A DNA stretch of 64,000 bases from Flaccisagitta enflata. Taxonomy: Eukaryota. Below, one piece after another: positions 40,193 to 54,500 of the stretch (its first letter is position 1; every line of letters begins with the position of its first letter). Position numbers and translations under genes: made by a program. The notes under the pieces were generated by a model. The model was not told the origin of the DNA, ran no database searches, and was given only the letters and a program-made list of their open reading frames with translations. The stretch is from assembly GCA_965153355.1 (NCBI GenBank), contig OZ231126.1:20212001-20276000 (forward strand), read 5' to 3'.

Positions 40193-40786
40193 ACCATGGC
40201 CAAAATAAAAACCGGACAACATGTTTGTCAGTATTTAACACCCAAGCAATGAGAAAAATTAAGGAAAATTGGTGACCGTTTTGAAGCTCTGCAAAAGATC
40301 TTTCAAATGAGACGTTGCTGGTTGTCCTGGCCTTATTCGTTTAGAAATGGCATTGGAATGAAGACAGATAGTCAGGAATTTGAGAATTCACTTCAGAATT
40401 TTCATGTTTTCTGTTTGTTTTAACATAGAAACTAAACGCATTGAGTAAAAAATTCGTTTTTGGCGCCATTTTGAAGGAAATTTGAAGTTCTTTAATTTGC
40501 TCATGGATATCAAGTAGCTGTGACATTTCTGAAATGCATTATCAAGAAAAACATTGAGACAAAAATTACTCATAGAAAAAAAAAATATTTGCCTTTTTTC
40601 CAATCGGTGATATTTTTTTTCAAACCTATGCCATTTCTAAACGAAAAAAGCTACAGATACCAGCAAGGTGGCATTAGAAAGATTTTTTGAAGATCTTTCT
40701 AATGGTCATGAATTTTTTATAGATCAAGCTTTTTGGTTAGCACGAATAAGCAAAACAGGTTGTCCGGTTTTTTTCTTTGCCACTGT
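40193..40786. mobile_element. MITE, 594 bp, TA-flanked
   Basis: Imperfect TIRs AC..TGGC.AAA..AAAACCGGACAAC. Confidence 0.7.
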
Positions 40787-41610
40787 TAAAACTCAATTAG
40801 TAAAACACAATTTAACACTATTTGATCCTTAACTACATAGTTTTACTGCTTTATGGGGAAGATAATCCTAGATATAAAAGCGCGACGCGACGCGACGCGA
40901 CGCGACCCGCGGGGAAGAAAATCAAAGGCAGGGGGGAAAAAAATCAAAAGCGACTCAAGAATATACACCCCTGAAAAGTGGCCAAATAAACAAATACTCC
41001 GGAGGTTAAACAGAGCGTCCATGTCTTGCGTATATCGTCGACTGGAAAAAAGTCACTGACCTGAATTTTCTCTTCAATTTTTTTCTTTTTTTCTAAATAA
41101 GGCTGAAATCCCCGACCGTCATTGTAGATTATGTACATGATTTCCTTGTTTAGGCGCAAGATGCTGGGAGAGAAAATTCTCTGTAACTTTATCCGGGAGA
41201 TATTGCGAAAAAGGCTCGCATTGCGGATTTGATAGAAATAAGTAAATGATAAATCGTCGCATTATTCTGTTTAGTCTGTATGGTTGTAATTTTGATGATT
41301 TTTTTTCTTTTGAAAAAAGCAAAGCTCTTTGTACCAGGCACTCACATATTATCATTCAGCAGGTGCACAAATCTTTTTTGTTATATTTATTTTGTTCTTT
41401 TTAGTTGCGTCCATCAGAAATTGATCTCTCAAAGAGGGTCTGTCCATCCGTCCGTCAGTTCATCTGTCTGTTCGTCCATCTTTCTCTCCATATATGTCAC
41501 ATGATTAGCACCAAATTCAATACACACGAAGACACAGTCCGGACGCATCGTTGCCCGGTCGGGCTGGTTTTTGGTTTCAACTTTCAAGTACTTGAGTATT
41601 TTCCTTTCAG

Positions 41611-44600
41611 ACAGTATCAGTGGTGTTGGGTTGATGAAGCAAATAACGATTGGGACTATTGTTGCTTTCCGGGATCTTCATGCAGAATGAGAAGGGAAAT
41701 ACTGAGTGGATATTACTATCATTCCTGCCGTGCTTGTAAACTTGAGAAAAAAAGTAAGAATGCAGGAGTAGAATCATCTTGCGAAGTCAGATTTAGTGAT
41801 TGAACTAGTCATCCAAAGATCGCACATGGTCAGCGATGTAGTAATTGAAAAAAGACAAAAAATCACGCTTTTTCATCTATTCCATAGTATGTTGCATATT
41901 AAAAGCCATTGCGTTGGTCGGCCGGTCTAAACGACATCTTTAGTAAATAAATCAACCATTAAATCCTCTTTAGACGTGCATGCGCGCACGTGCATCGAAA
42001 TTACGATTTTAGATAAATTATTTTTTTGGGGGGTAGCTGCCCCAAAGGGTTATGTCATGTTGAACACAGGAGCGAATTCCCCTATCTCAGCATGTATGTG
42101 CGTACGTGCATTTCCACCCCCCAGGTCTTCTGAGGCCTGAAATCAGCCCTCTCAGGCTAGAAATCAGCCCTCTTTAGCAATCAGCCTTCTCAAGCCTTGA
42201 ATCTAAAACATTTCTTTAAGGCCTAAATTCATCCCTCTCAGACATGAGATCACCCCCCAGGCCTGATCACCATTCCCAAACCTCAAATAGCCCTCTCAAG
42301 TCAGAGCTAAGAGATGCCTCTTCTAACTAAAAGTCCCCTGAGACCTCTCAGGCCCTAACTAAGCCCTTAAAGATCCTGAATCAGCCCTCTGAGACCCAAA
42401 ATCAGCTCTCTACTCTCTTCGGCCTGATAAGTACCCTGAGAGAACTCAAATTTTCCCTTTCAGACCTCATCTGCTCTCATCCTTGACCTCAAATAATCTC
42501 CCTGAACCATCAAATCAGCCCCTGAATGCCTCATTTCTGGACTCAAGCAATCAAGCCATTGAAGCCCTAAATCAGCTCTCAGACACCCCAAATGTGCCAT
42601 TTTAGAACATTTGGCAATTATTCCGTGTTCTACAGGTTCTTTAGCTGATCATGTCAAGCAAGGCATCGGGTACTGCTGACCATATGCAATCCTTGGATGA
42701 CTAGATGTATTTGTTGTTGTTGTGTTTTTTTTTGTTCTATTTTTTTTAGGCTTTGGCTGACAAGACTGAACTTAGTCAAAGTACATTTACAAACTTAAAT
42801 TTATCTTTAAAGGCTGTGGTGGAAAAGGTTGCACTTGGACTATCTGCAAGGAACGAAATCACCAATGCAGTAACAAACCTCGCATGAGAACAATTCACAA
42901 TTACAAATGCACGAGTCCTTGTCGATCTGATGGTGGTAATGAAAAAGGCTATAGCTGGTGCTGGGTCAAGCCAAATCAAAAGGCGTGGGATTATTGTTGC
43001 TATACGGGTAAGAATAGACATTATGAAATCGGTATTTTTACGGACAACTTTATACGATGGATGAAGAATGAGGGCAAAAATGTAACAGATTCATGAAATA
43101 TTCATATTTCCACTGTTACTCTCCTCTATTTCCACGATTTTTCACCGTTTTTGGGCAGCAGCCCCAAAGGGCCGATGTCCTGTAGGACACACGGGTGAAT
43201 TTCCATACGTCCGTACGTCCATCCATTCGTTCCCCCCCTCTTCCCCCCAAGCTTCTCAAGCCTCAAATTCTCATTGAATAACATGGGAAATTGATTAAAG
43301 GCAAAGTTCCCATTGAATAACATGGAAAATTGATGAAGAATGAAAAAAATGTGAAATTCCCATTGAATAACATGGCAACTGATGAGAAAATGAAAAAAAA
43401 TGAAAAACCCCCATTGAATATCATGGAAAATTGCTCCAAAGGCCTCAAATATGCCCTCTCAGGACGTATGGAAATTCACCCCTGTGTCCTACAGGACATT
43501 GGCCCTTTGGGGCCGCTGCCCTGCTCTCACTCCACTTCTTCAGCTATCCAAGCAGGGCATCGGATACCGCTGACCATGTGCGATAATTGGATGACTTGTT
43601 TTTTCTACATTTATGAGCAACAATTAATGGGTGCAGACGTCATTAAAACGCCATTTAAACGTCATTTAAACGTTGCCTCCGCGTATCATTTGATCTGATC
43701 ATCTACTCTGTTTACCATATTCTTTTTTTAGGTGCGCCTATCCGGTCGTGTCTGTCCGTCAGTCAGTCGGTCTCTCCGTCACGCGGACGTTTGACGATCC
43801 GCAAGGCGCACCTTCTTGGCCTACTTGGCCTTGTTTTTATATTGGAATGCTCTCAATATTTTCTGCCTCAGGTGATAAGTGCGGCGTGGTGAGAAATGCT
43901 GACCGAGAAAGCGGAAAAGACATGTGCTACACCAAAGCTGAACAAAAGTGGCCGATGCAATGCAAAGAGAAAAAGGCGGCAACTCCTTTGCCAGTTGATT
44001 ATGAATCGCCTTCAGCGCCTTGGGAGAAGGGGACAATTTTTCGTCAGTAAATATGAAAATGTTTTTTCCATGACTCTTTAAATTATGTTTCTTAAAAAAA
44101 AAACTAATTTCATTCCTTCATTCATCGATTCATTCATTAATTCATTCATTAATTCATTCATTTATTCATTCATACAGTTGAACCCCGCTCGAACAAACCC
44201 GCTTTTAACAGAATTCCGCCTATAACAGACAAAAATTTGTTGTCCCTTCAATCGGTTTTCTTTTATTTCCTATATTGGCTATAATAGAATTCCGCCTGTA
44301 ACAGGTGAAATTTGTTAGTCCCCTGAAATCCGTTAGAGCGGGGTTCAACTGTACATTCATTGATTCATTCATTTATTCAATCATTTTTTTCTCATTTTTG
44401 AGGGTGAGGGGCTTGTCGAAATCTTTTCATCAACTTCTTTTCGCCAATTCCTTTTACTTTTTCCTACTCACATTGTTGCACTTCTGCCTTCATTCAGGAT
44501 TGAGTCTTGGCCTAGGACTATCCGGTCTCTTCCTTATCATTGTTTATTTTGTTGCAAGAAAGGTTGCTTTTGATAAAAGAAAACCAAATGCGGCTTCGAG

Positions 44601-44739
44601 GCCAAGGCCAAAGGCGAAGCAACAGTCACAGTCAAACTCAAAGCCAAAGGCAAAGCCAGAGCCAAACTCAAAGCCAAGGGCAAAGCCGCAGTCAAACTCA
44701 AAGCCAAGGGCAATATCAAGAATATCAAAATCCACGTAG
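41611..44739 (+). CDS. 5'-partial Cys-rich single-pass membrane protein (exons 41611-41735, 42813-43007, 43872-44042, 44498-44739)
   Basis: Phase-compatible GT-AG introns. Two YxWCWV......WDYCC repeats, hydrophobic LSLGLGLSGLFLIIVYFVA segment, basic repetitive tail (NSKPxAKP). Confidence 0.75.
43148..43600 (+). mobile_element. Interspersed element with GGGCAGC.GCCCCAAAGGG inverted repeats (HINE-like family 3)
   Basis: Related copies at 52430-53055, 42030-42705, 30965-31310 and 29800-30222; variable internal minisatellite. Confidence 0.7.
44175..44351. mobile_element. pogo/Tigger-type MITE inside (ATTC)n
   Basis: 16-bp perfect TIR CAGTTGAACCCCGCTC with TA duplication. Confidence 0.9.
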
Positions 44740-44768
44740 GGGGAAAAAGTGCCAACAAATCTCAACTA

Positions 44769-45363
44769 ACACCTGTCCGGATATCATTGTCCCAAAATCA
44801 AACAACTGTCAAATCAAAACGGGGATATTTAGTTACGACGCAGAGCAGAATCCGGCCGTCAGAGTTCAGTCATCTGAATTCAGGGCCCCTTACCAATGAA
44901 TTTTGCCTGGATTGCTTCATACAAAATCGAATAAGATAAAAAAGAGTAAAAACATTGCCCATGCAAATCATTGCAAAATTACCAGAAAAATCTAATCAAC
45001 TTCAGATACCTACCAGATCTATATAAAGATAGATACTCAGATGCGGATTTCACAGCTAAAAAGCTTTTGAAAAGTTCTTCAATTTGCCCATGGATTTTGA
45101 TGGATTTCCTAGAGGTGAACCCTTTAAAAATTCAAACCAAAGCTATAGAAAAATTTATACCAGGGCGTTGCTGGCTAGTGGTCAAGGGATGATTAAGTTG
45201 ATATGAAGCAACCAAAATGGGATTGAATACAGAAAACAATGTGAAACATACTAGGAAATACTCATCTGATATCAAATAACAAAGATTTATATTGTTCCCC
45301 ACCAGCAATAGTGAGGCATCTAAAGTTGTGACACTAGTGGGACAATAATATCCGGACAGGTGT
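44769..45363. mobile_element. MITE, 595 bp, TA-flanked
   Basis: TIR ACACCTGTCCGGATAT.ATTGTCCCA at both ends. Confidence 0.85.
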
Positions 45364-46324
45364 TAATCAGCGTCTTCCTAAGAAGGAGTCTCTGTATTCA
45401 AAGTGACTCCCATGAACAGAGATGTAGAAGCGGAAGATTTTAAAACCGCTCTCGCTTCCGCTTCCATCACTGACGATTGAAATGTGATAACTTCTGTTTC
45501 CACTTACGCTATCTTCAAAAGTGTATCTTCCATTTCCGCTTCCACCAATTATAAGGCAAAGCTTCTGCTTTCGCTTCCACTTCTCCTTCTGCTTCCACTT
45601 TTGCTTTTGCTTCTGCTTCCGCTTCTGCCTCCACTTCTACTTCCGCTTCCGCTTTCCCTTCCCTTCCACACTGCTGAGTGCGTCATAACAGACTTACCAT
45701 TTTTTCAGCCGATTTTTTTTCCCAGCCATGAAAAGGGAAGGTAGGACAGAAAAAAGAGAAGTAAGGAAGAAGGAAGAAAGCGAAATAAGCAATAATATGC
45801 AATAATAGCAATAATTTTCCTTATAAACAGATTTAATCATTATAAAGGTCCATAAAAAGTTCTGTTATATAGTCTATGGACTGTCGGTCACACTTTACTT
45901 TTTTTATGATTTTTTTTTACCTCACTGCTCCTGCTCAAATGGTCTAGTGACCTCAAACATGGCCCCTGCCTACCCGCACGCGACTTTGTGTATCCGGCCT
46001 TGTTTTTTATTGGACAACATTAAACTATAGACTAGAAAAGAAGAAATATCACTAGTTATGATATCTTGGTTACATTTGCATATATGATGGGTGTATTCTG
46101 ACAGTTATTATCACGCTGACCATGAGCAATCCATGGATGACTGGTTTAATAATGTTTTTTTACGCGCTTTTGTTGTGTTTATTTTCGCTGTGCTAACTAT
46201 GATAGTATAATACTATAGTTAAAAATGAATTTGTTGTGCATGAAATCTTTATTATTAAAGCACTTTCAAGAAAGAGACAGGGAATAGCTATTTAGAACGA
46301 CTGTAAGCAATTGTTCATTCAAAT

Positions 46325-47515
46325 TTAGAGCTGATAGTCTTGGCCTTCAGGTGCAGGAGGAAGGCAACAGCAGCCAACGCCTGTCAAATCTTGCTCCAAG
46401 TAAACATGTCGCCATTCAGAGTACCACCTATACAAAGAAGTATGCCGCGTGATTAAAACTCAAGTATTATGAGTAGAATTGTGACATATGAGAAATTAGG
46501 AAAGGAAGTCAATACTGCGGTCGTCGTTCGTTGTCATTGTCGTTATCGTTGTCGCCATTGTTGTTTTCATTACAGTCATTGTTTTTTCAATGTGAAAATG
46601 TACCTAAAACACTGAGTAGAATCGCTATTTTTTGCTTATTTTCCAAACACAAATCACGAATCATAAGTCATGATGTCAATCGGTCTGTCGCCCGATCATC
46701 ATGACAATCGGTCTGTCGCCCTGAAGCCCCCGACCGTCTTTACCGACTAGGGATGTGGATGCGATACACCGCTTCCAATTTGGAGGATGGGATAGCTACT
46801 AGTATTTGAACTACAAAATGGAAGCGGAAGCGGAAGCGGTGGAAGCGGCATAAAAATCGACCGCTTCCACATCCCTATTACCGACGTTCAAGTGATTTGA
46901 CCTGTTGAAGAAGAAATCATAGACTTCGACTATTGGAATGGTGGTGCCTTCGTAAGTGTTAAATCCACCCACGTAGAAGACACGACCCTCGTGTTCGGCA
47001 GATGCCATATCATGACGAGGGACTGCAGAGAGTGTGTATCGAGCCATGAGCGTTATGTGATTGCCTTCAAATGAGTGCCTGTCTGTGTGTTCTGGCGTTC
47101 GTATTTCAGCTTGTGAGAGTTTGCCTTTTGTTCGTTTAAGCTTGTGTGATTGCGCGTAGCGTGTTAACAAATACGTACCGCAAGGAGGTGCATGGGTGAG
47201 TGTACGTGTAAACGGTGTGCCACATCCAAGCGTCTTTTCTTTCACTTCCTGTCTAACTTTCTTTCTTATCTACTTTCTTTCTTGCTTGCTTGCTTTCTTG
47301 CTTGCTTGCTTGCTCTCTTCTTTCTTTCTTTCTTGCTTGCTTGCTTGCTTGCTTGCTTCTTTTTTTCTTTCTTTCTTTCTTTCTTTCTTTCTTTATTTCT
47401 TTCTGTCTTTCTTTCTTTTTTTCTTTCTTTCTTCCTTTCTTTCTTTCTTGTTTTCTTTCTTTCTTTCTTTCTTCCTTCCTTTCTTTCTTTCTCTCTCTCT
47501 CTTCCGGTCCTTATT

Positions 47516-47599
<84 letters not shown>

Positions 47600-47837
47600 T
47601 TTCTTTCTTTCTGTCTTTCTCTCTTTCTTTCTTTCTTTCTTTCTACTTTTCTTTCTTTCTATCTTTCTTCCCATATCAATTCAACCACGAACGGGCGACG
47701 ATGCACACCTATCATGCTGGCTATCCTGATCCAATGTCCGATGGTAGAGTGATACATGTCCACGTCCGAGGTGGAAACAGGAGTCGGCATTCCAGCGTCT
47801 GAAACTACGCACATCCCACCTGCACAGTAGCAAAGAA

Positions 47838-47911
<74 letters not shown>

Positions 47912-48188
47912 CTGTGTTTGTTTCACGACAATCAACAGGAATGGGCCCATTTTAATGAGGCCAGATGCATAACATACCAGCAAGAATCAGACAATCGTCG
48001 ATGCATTCGAGAGAAGAGTAACTTCGACAGAATCGCAGATCAACGCCTGTCGATAATGAAAGGACTTGATATTATTATCAAAACCCCATTTACAAATACA
48101 GCACCAACAACAACAACAAACCGAGCCACGTCACGAGAGAAACAAACACTAACAGCAACTTGATTAAAAAAAAAATAATTTCAACATC

Positions 48189-48224
<36 letters not shown>

Positions 48225-48252
48225 TACAACAATTACAACAATTACAACAATT

Positions 48253-48328
<76 letters not shown>

Positions 48329-48408
48329 CGACAACAACGACAACAACGACAACAACCACAACAACCACAACAACCACAACAACGACAACAACGACAACAA
48401 CGACAACG

Positions 48409-48450
<42 letters not shown>

Positions 48451-48818
48451 GACACAAAAAAGTAACGACCACAACAAAGGCAACAGCAACGAATCCCACC
48501 AACCTTTACTCCAAACGTCTTTACATGGGTCGTAGACTTCGACTGTCTTCATGTTTTTGCATCCGGAAGCGATTCCTCCCGCTACCACGACGGTGCCTTT
48601 ACAAGCCGCTGCCGCCGCAGCCGCCCGCCGCTCCCGCATCGCGTGCGTGTACAACCAACGATCTTCTGCCGTGCTGTAAATCTCCGCCTCTTTTAAAGGT
48701 TGTCCGTCTGGACCGAAGCCGCCAACAGCGTAAATGTAACCGTCCAGGTGACAGCAAGAAAAGTCTGTGCGCTTGCTTTGGAGGGATTTGAGAATGTAAG
48801 GCGAGGGAGGGAGAGAGA

Positions 48819-48909
<91 letters not shown>

Positions 48910-48958
48910 GCTCAGACAATTCATAATCTTTTTGTTTGCCGAGAAATGATATCGGTTT

Positions 48959-49048
<90 letters not shown>

Positions 49049-50605
49049 GTGTTGTTGGTGGTGGTAGCGGGCTGGTCAGACATACAGAATTTGGAATATG
49101 GAGAAGTAAGAAGCGCCGCTCTCCGGAGGGGCAGAAATATTGTCGGAAAATCTTGGAAGAGAAAGACGGGGTGCGAGAGAGATGAGCAAGGCCATAGACA
49201 CTTCCCTCCCAGTCGCGTTCGCAGTCGCGGTCGCGCGGACAGATGGGCAGGAACGGAATGGAGAAAAAACGTTCACAGTTTGTCATGGTTACGGACGGAA
49301 GGACGGAGGAACCAACCTACAGACACAGCAACTTCTAGCCTCGCGTCTTCTCGACAAGAAATTGGAAAGGATGCCGGATGCAGGACGGGATGAAGAAATT
49401 GGATAAATAACAAGTGACGCTGTGTCACAAAATCGTTGCGGACGCGTGGGCAGGGGTATCCAACCCCCATCCACACCCCATGCCCCCCCACCAACACACA
49501 TACCCAAAAAAACATCTAAACCGCTCGTTTTTCCTTTTTTCGACTTGTGGGTTACGGATGGACGGACGGACGGACAGATGGACAAAACCTCTTATAGAGT
49601 TGCACGTCCGCAACTAAAAAGGGAGTGAGCTGTCCCGAAGGAAAATAATGAAGGGCAGTCAGAAATGATCAAAAAGAACACAAAAAATCAAACGGCTGTG
49701 AGTTGGATAGAAATCGAAGCAATATCAGCATCAATAAACTAATTTGCATAATGCAGTTTTAAGATTTGTTCCTTGAGAAGACAAACATTCGAGTTAAAGG
49801 CCTATGGAAGTGAAGCTTTGTATTGAAAATGTGCTGTTTCAGTGATATATAGCGATATTACCAACATTTAAAAGATGCGAAATACATCACTTTGGTTTTA
49901 TACACTGTGAAGTCTTAAAAAAAGATGATTGCAAAGCATTTTATAGAAAGAGAAAAAAACACCACGCTGAGAAATGTGTCGAGGAGATAGACCTGTCACC
50001 TGATGCTGGACACCAGTGAAAGTAGTTCGTATAATCCTGATATTGAGCTAGGTCGAGTGAATCGGGACTTAACGTCATTTAGAAGTGAATTATGTCTGAA
50101 ACTCTCCGTGGGAAATTCGGGCTCCTCGGTATAGTAGTTTGAATAATCCGTATGACTGGTGGTGGTTAGACAAAGGTCACCAAGATTCCTCGTTCAAATC
50201 CTTACTTCTTCATATTGGCGCAAGAGTGCCAATTTCCGGTGAGCACGTTGAACTTGAAGACTTTGTTGCTGCAGTGAGATTTGGGATCGCAGGGGTCGAC
50301 GCCGCCGATGATGTAAATCTCCGTTTCCACGCGAACGACGCAGCAATGATGGCGAGGCTTGGGCAAGTTAGGGGCTGCCGTCCACTGCTTCAGGCGACCA
50401 TTGAACGCGTTCATGGAACACGCGAACCAATAGTCTTCCGGTCTGTTATGAAGGAATAACAAGGAAAGTATTCTGAAATTATTCATTCAAGGCATCTTCG
50501 TTTTTTCGAACTCGAACAGAGTTGACGGCAGTAACAATATGGACAGCAATGACTACAACAACAACCAAAATGATACCTACGAAAAAAATGCTAAAAGAAA
50601 CTTCG

Positions 50606-50655
<50 letters not shown>

Positions 50656-50662
50656 AACAATG

Positions 50663-50747
<85 letters not shown>

Positions 50748-51503
50748 CGACAACGTGGAAAACAACAACACTACAAAATCAAAAACAACAACGACAACAA
50801 TAACAACAACATCAACAACAACTACCAGAACAACAACGTCGTCATTTCGATTACTTGGACGGTAGATATCCTCCCGCAACAACTAGAAGTGGAAACAGTT
50901 CATCCTCGAAGGTTTCGGCGATCGAATCTGGGATGATCCTCGAAGGGGCGTAAGGAAACACGTGCATGTCACCTTCGCGAAACACTTTGGGAATCTTGGA
51001 GTTCTCATCTTGCCCAGCGCCTTCAGACCCTTCAATGGATTGAAAATGTGTGAATGTGTGTTATTGTAAATGTTCCTTCTTTCTTTGTGTGTCAGTCTGT
51101 CTGTCTTCATGTTTGTCTGACTGTGTACCTGTCTTACTGTCTGTCTGTTTGTGGCTTGGCAGCAATCATCGAGTCTTCCATTTGAGGTGCAACTGCGTTT
51201 TAGACAGTTTGTCGCCATTGGTTAAATAACGACGCTGAAACCTTGTGGTGCTGCTGTCGCCGGATTTTCCTCTTGAGGCGCCACTTCCGCTACGGTCGCC
51301 GGCGTTTGTTCGAAAGCGCGTTTGGTCTCTTTCGTTTCGTGGAATTCGTTGAGCAGTTCGGCGAATCTCATCTCCAAAGCGTCCAACCTTTTGTCCGCTT
51401 CCGAATATCCCGCGTTGGCGGTCGGCTTGGAAACAAGAAAAGAGTCACATCGGTAATAAGAAAAGCGGGCATTCCATTCATCATACACTGACTGATTGAT
51501 TTG

Positions 51504-51541
<38 letters not shown>

Positions 51542-54500
51542 TATCTTAAAGTGTCGTTCAGGCATCCGTTTATCTTTAACTGAGAAAACTCTCTTTTACC
51601 GTGTTTAAGTGCATAGACCCGTGATCGCTCCTCGTCCTCCTGGTTCTAGAAGCGATCATCGGCGACACTTCCTCTTTTCCCGCCACCGCAGCCGCAGCCG
51701 CCGCCGTCGTCCTTATATCCGTCGCGCTTTTACTTCGACGCCGAGGGTTGAAGCTGACAGCCTTCTCCGCGTCTTCCGCTTTCAAAGAATTTCCGTCACC
51801 TGTCTTGCTTCCAGACGACGATGTTCCGTCTGCTGCTCCTGATGCTCCTGCTGCTGCTTTTCCGTTAGCCATTTGTTGCTCCAGTGCTTCCAACTTAAGC
51901 ATAATCAGATTGAATTCAGTTTTGTCCATCGTGGCGACATCTGAAAACCGGAAAAAAGAATTCTCTTATTTTCAAATCAAATTATCATTATTTTACCGTG
52001 TAAAAGATACCACAATATATTTCTTGTATCACGCACTTTTTTTTAAGTTATAGCCCGAGAACAACAAAATTCAATCATTTCTATGATTTTTCCCTAACCT
52101 TTGTTTTCACCCCAAAAAAAAGAATTTTGAATTTTGATCTCCCAATTCAATAACACGTTTCATTTCGAATATAGTAAAGCCCTTGACCTTGTACCTTTTG
52201 TCGGAGATTTCGCTGTTCTCACTGTCAAAAGGGATTGACCACTTTTAGTGCTCTTCCCGCTGTGATCAGAACCCAACTTCTTCACAGGCGTTATTTTTAC
52301 ATCTGGAAAGACAAACATTGATCAGAAAAAAAATCCAGGTTTCATGAACACACAAGCGTTATATCCACTGTTGCCTCACAACCGTCGCTTTGACTAAAAT
52401 GAACCACAAATTACACCTACCGTAATTCTTTTTGGGCAGCGGCCCCAAAGGGGACAAAGTCCTGTGGAACACAGGGAAAATCTGTCCGACCGTACGTACA
52501 TCCGTACATCCGTCCCCCCCCCCGCCTCACCCTCAGGGCTTCGTCTCCTTTGGGGCCTAATCTGACCCAAATTCTGCCAAATAGCCCAAATCCAAGCAAT
52601 ATGGCCCAAATCTAAGTAAAATGGCCCAAATCCAAGTATATTGGCCCAATCTCAAGCAAAATGGCCCAAATCTGGCCAGAAAACCCCAATTCTAGCCCAA
52701 AGTCCACCATTTTGGCCCCATAGACCTGTATTGTGGCCTCTGATACCTAGATTCTGACCAGATTTTAACCGTTTTGCTTGAAATTGGATTTTGGCCATTT
52801 TGCTTAGATTTGGGCCATATTGCTTGGATTTGGGCTATTTGGCAGAATTTGGGTCAGAATAGGCCCCTAAGGAGACAAAGCCCTGAGGGTGAGGCGGGGG
52901 GGACAAATGGACGGACGGATGGATGGACAGATTCCCCCTGTTTTCTACAAGACTTAGTCCCCTTTAGGACCGCTGCCCTGCTCCCCCTCAACTTAAATCA
53001 CACACAACACAAGCAGGGCACGGGCACCGCTGACCACTTACTGCCTTTGGGCTGCAATTTCAAAATACGACACTAAACCACTGACAACAGGAGAAAGAAC
53101 TACGATGTCACAGTGCATTGACATTGAATCGTCACCTGGCACTGCCAACGGGGAATCCGCTCTTCTGTAATAAAAAAACAAGAAATTGTAAATTTTGAAA
53201 TATGATTTTGACAATTATCTTGCGCATTTGTTTCCAAATATATGTTAATCATCGATGAGAAAACTTGCCTCTCCTTTTTCTTCGATTTTGAATCTTCATC
53301 GTCTTCTTACCCAAAATCCTCGTCATTATCTCGATCTTCTTCGTCGTCCTCTGCCTCTACCTCTTCATCTTCCTCCTCTTCATCTTCCTCTTCCTTTTCG
53401 ACGACCGTCTTGGGCGTTCCTCTCCACGGCACCCACCCTTTGTCGGCGCTACCGCCTCCAGTATCCCCATCCTCTTTCGATCGACCATCCTCAAACCGTT
53501 CGTCAGCTTCCGGTTCCAAGTCGACGGGCTCATGCAACGCCTTCGACCCGATGGCGTTTGTCTCACGCGCTTTTTTGTTGAGTTTTGCGATTTGATTGCG
53601 ACGCGTTTGATGCATTTCACTACGAGACGGCTTGCGTGCTGATGGATGGAAGAAAGGATTATGTTTGGGAAAAAGATGATGATGAATAATGGTAAGAAGC
53701 GAGCCTTACAAAATTACCAAAAAAGGCGGCTAATCGCCGTAGGAAAAAAGTTGTAAATGCTGAGAGAAAGAGAGCAAGAGAGATATAAGCCACTTAATCA
53801 TCAAAAACCATGAGCAAGCACAGTAAAATGTGAGTGACTGGAAGGCTAGCATCAAAAAATTAGAGTAAATAAGCGTAATATGTTTAATTTGTTTTTTTCC
53901 GGTTTATAAAGCCTAAAATTAGGATCAATGAAAAACATTAATCATAGAGAAAAAAAATATGAAAAAAAAAAATTCAAAAAATCATAGCTCAAAAACTAAT
54001 GATCGCACAGAATTCTGCTTGGTGCTTTCTAAGAGAAAACAAGGCCAAGTAGGCCAATAAGGTGCGACGTGTGGATCGTCGAACGAATGCGTTACCGACC
54101 AACAGACAGACAGACGGACACAGCCAGTTATAGAGGTGCTTTGTCGCACCTAAAAAACAGTTCTTTCTTAGCTATTAATTTCATGCATAATACCATTTAT
54201 CGATGCTTACCTAATTGTCAATGATTAACAGTTTATTAACCATTAATATAATCATTTATTATCAAAATAGTTAAATAGGATTAACTATTAACTGTTGTCT
54301 TTGTTTTGCTATCACTTCATCATACGATGATGCGAATTTACCAAATTCATAAAAAAAAAGAGAAAAAAAGAAAAAAAGAATTTCATGCATTTGTCTATCA
54401 TCTATGCCTGCTTTGTGCCTGGTTATCAATGACTATGTATGTATCTGTCTTAGATTGCCTGTTATTGCCAATGCGAGTGTATTTTGTGTTTTGTGTGCTG

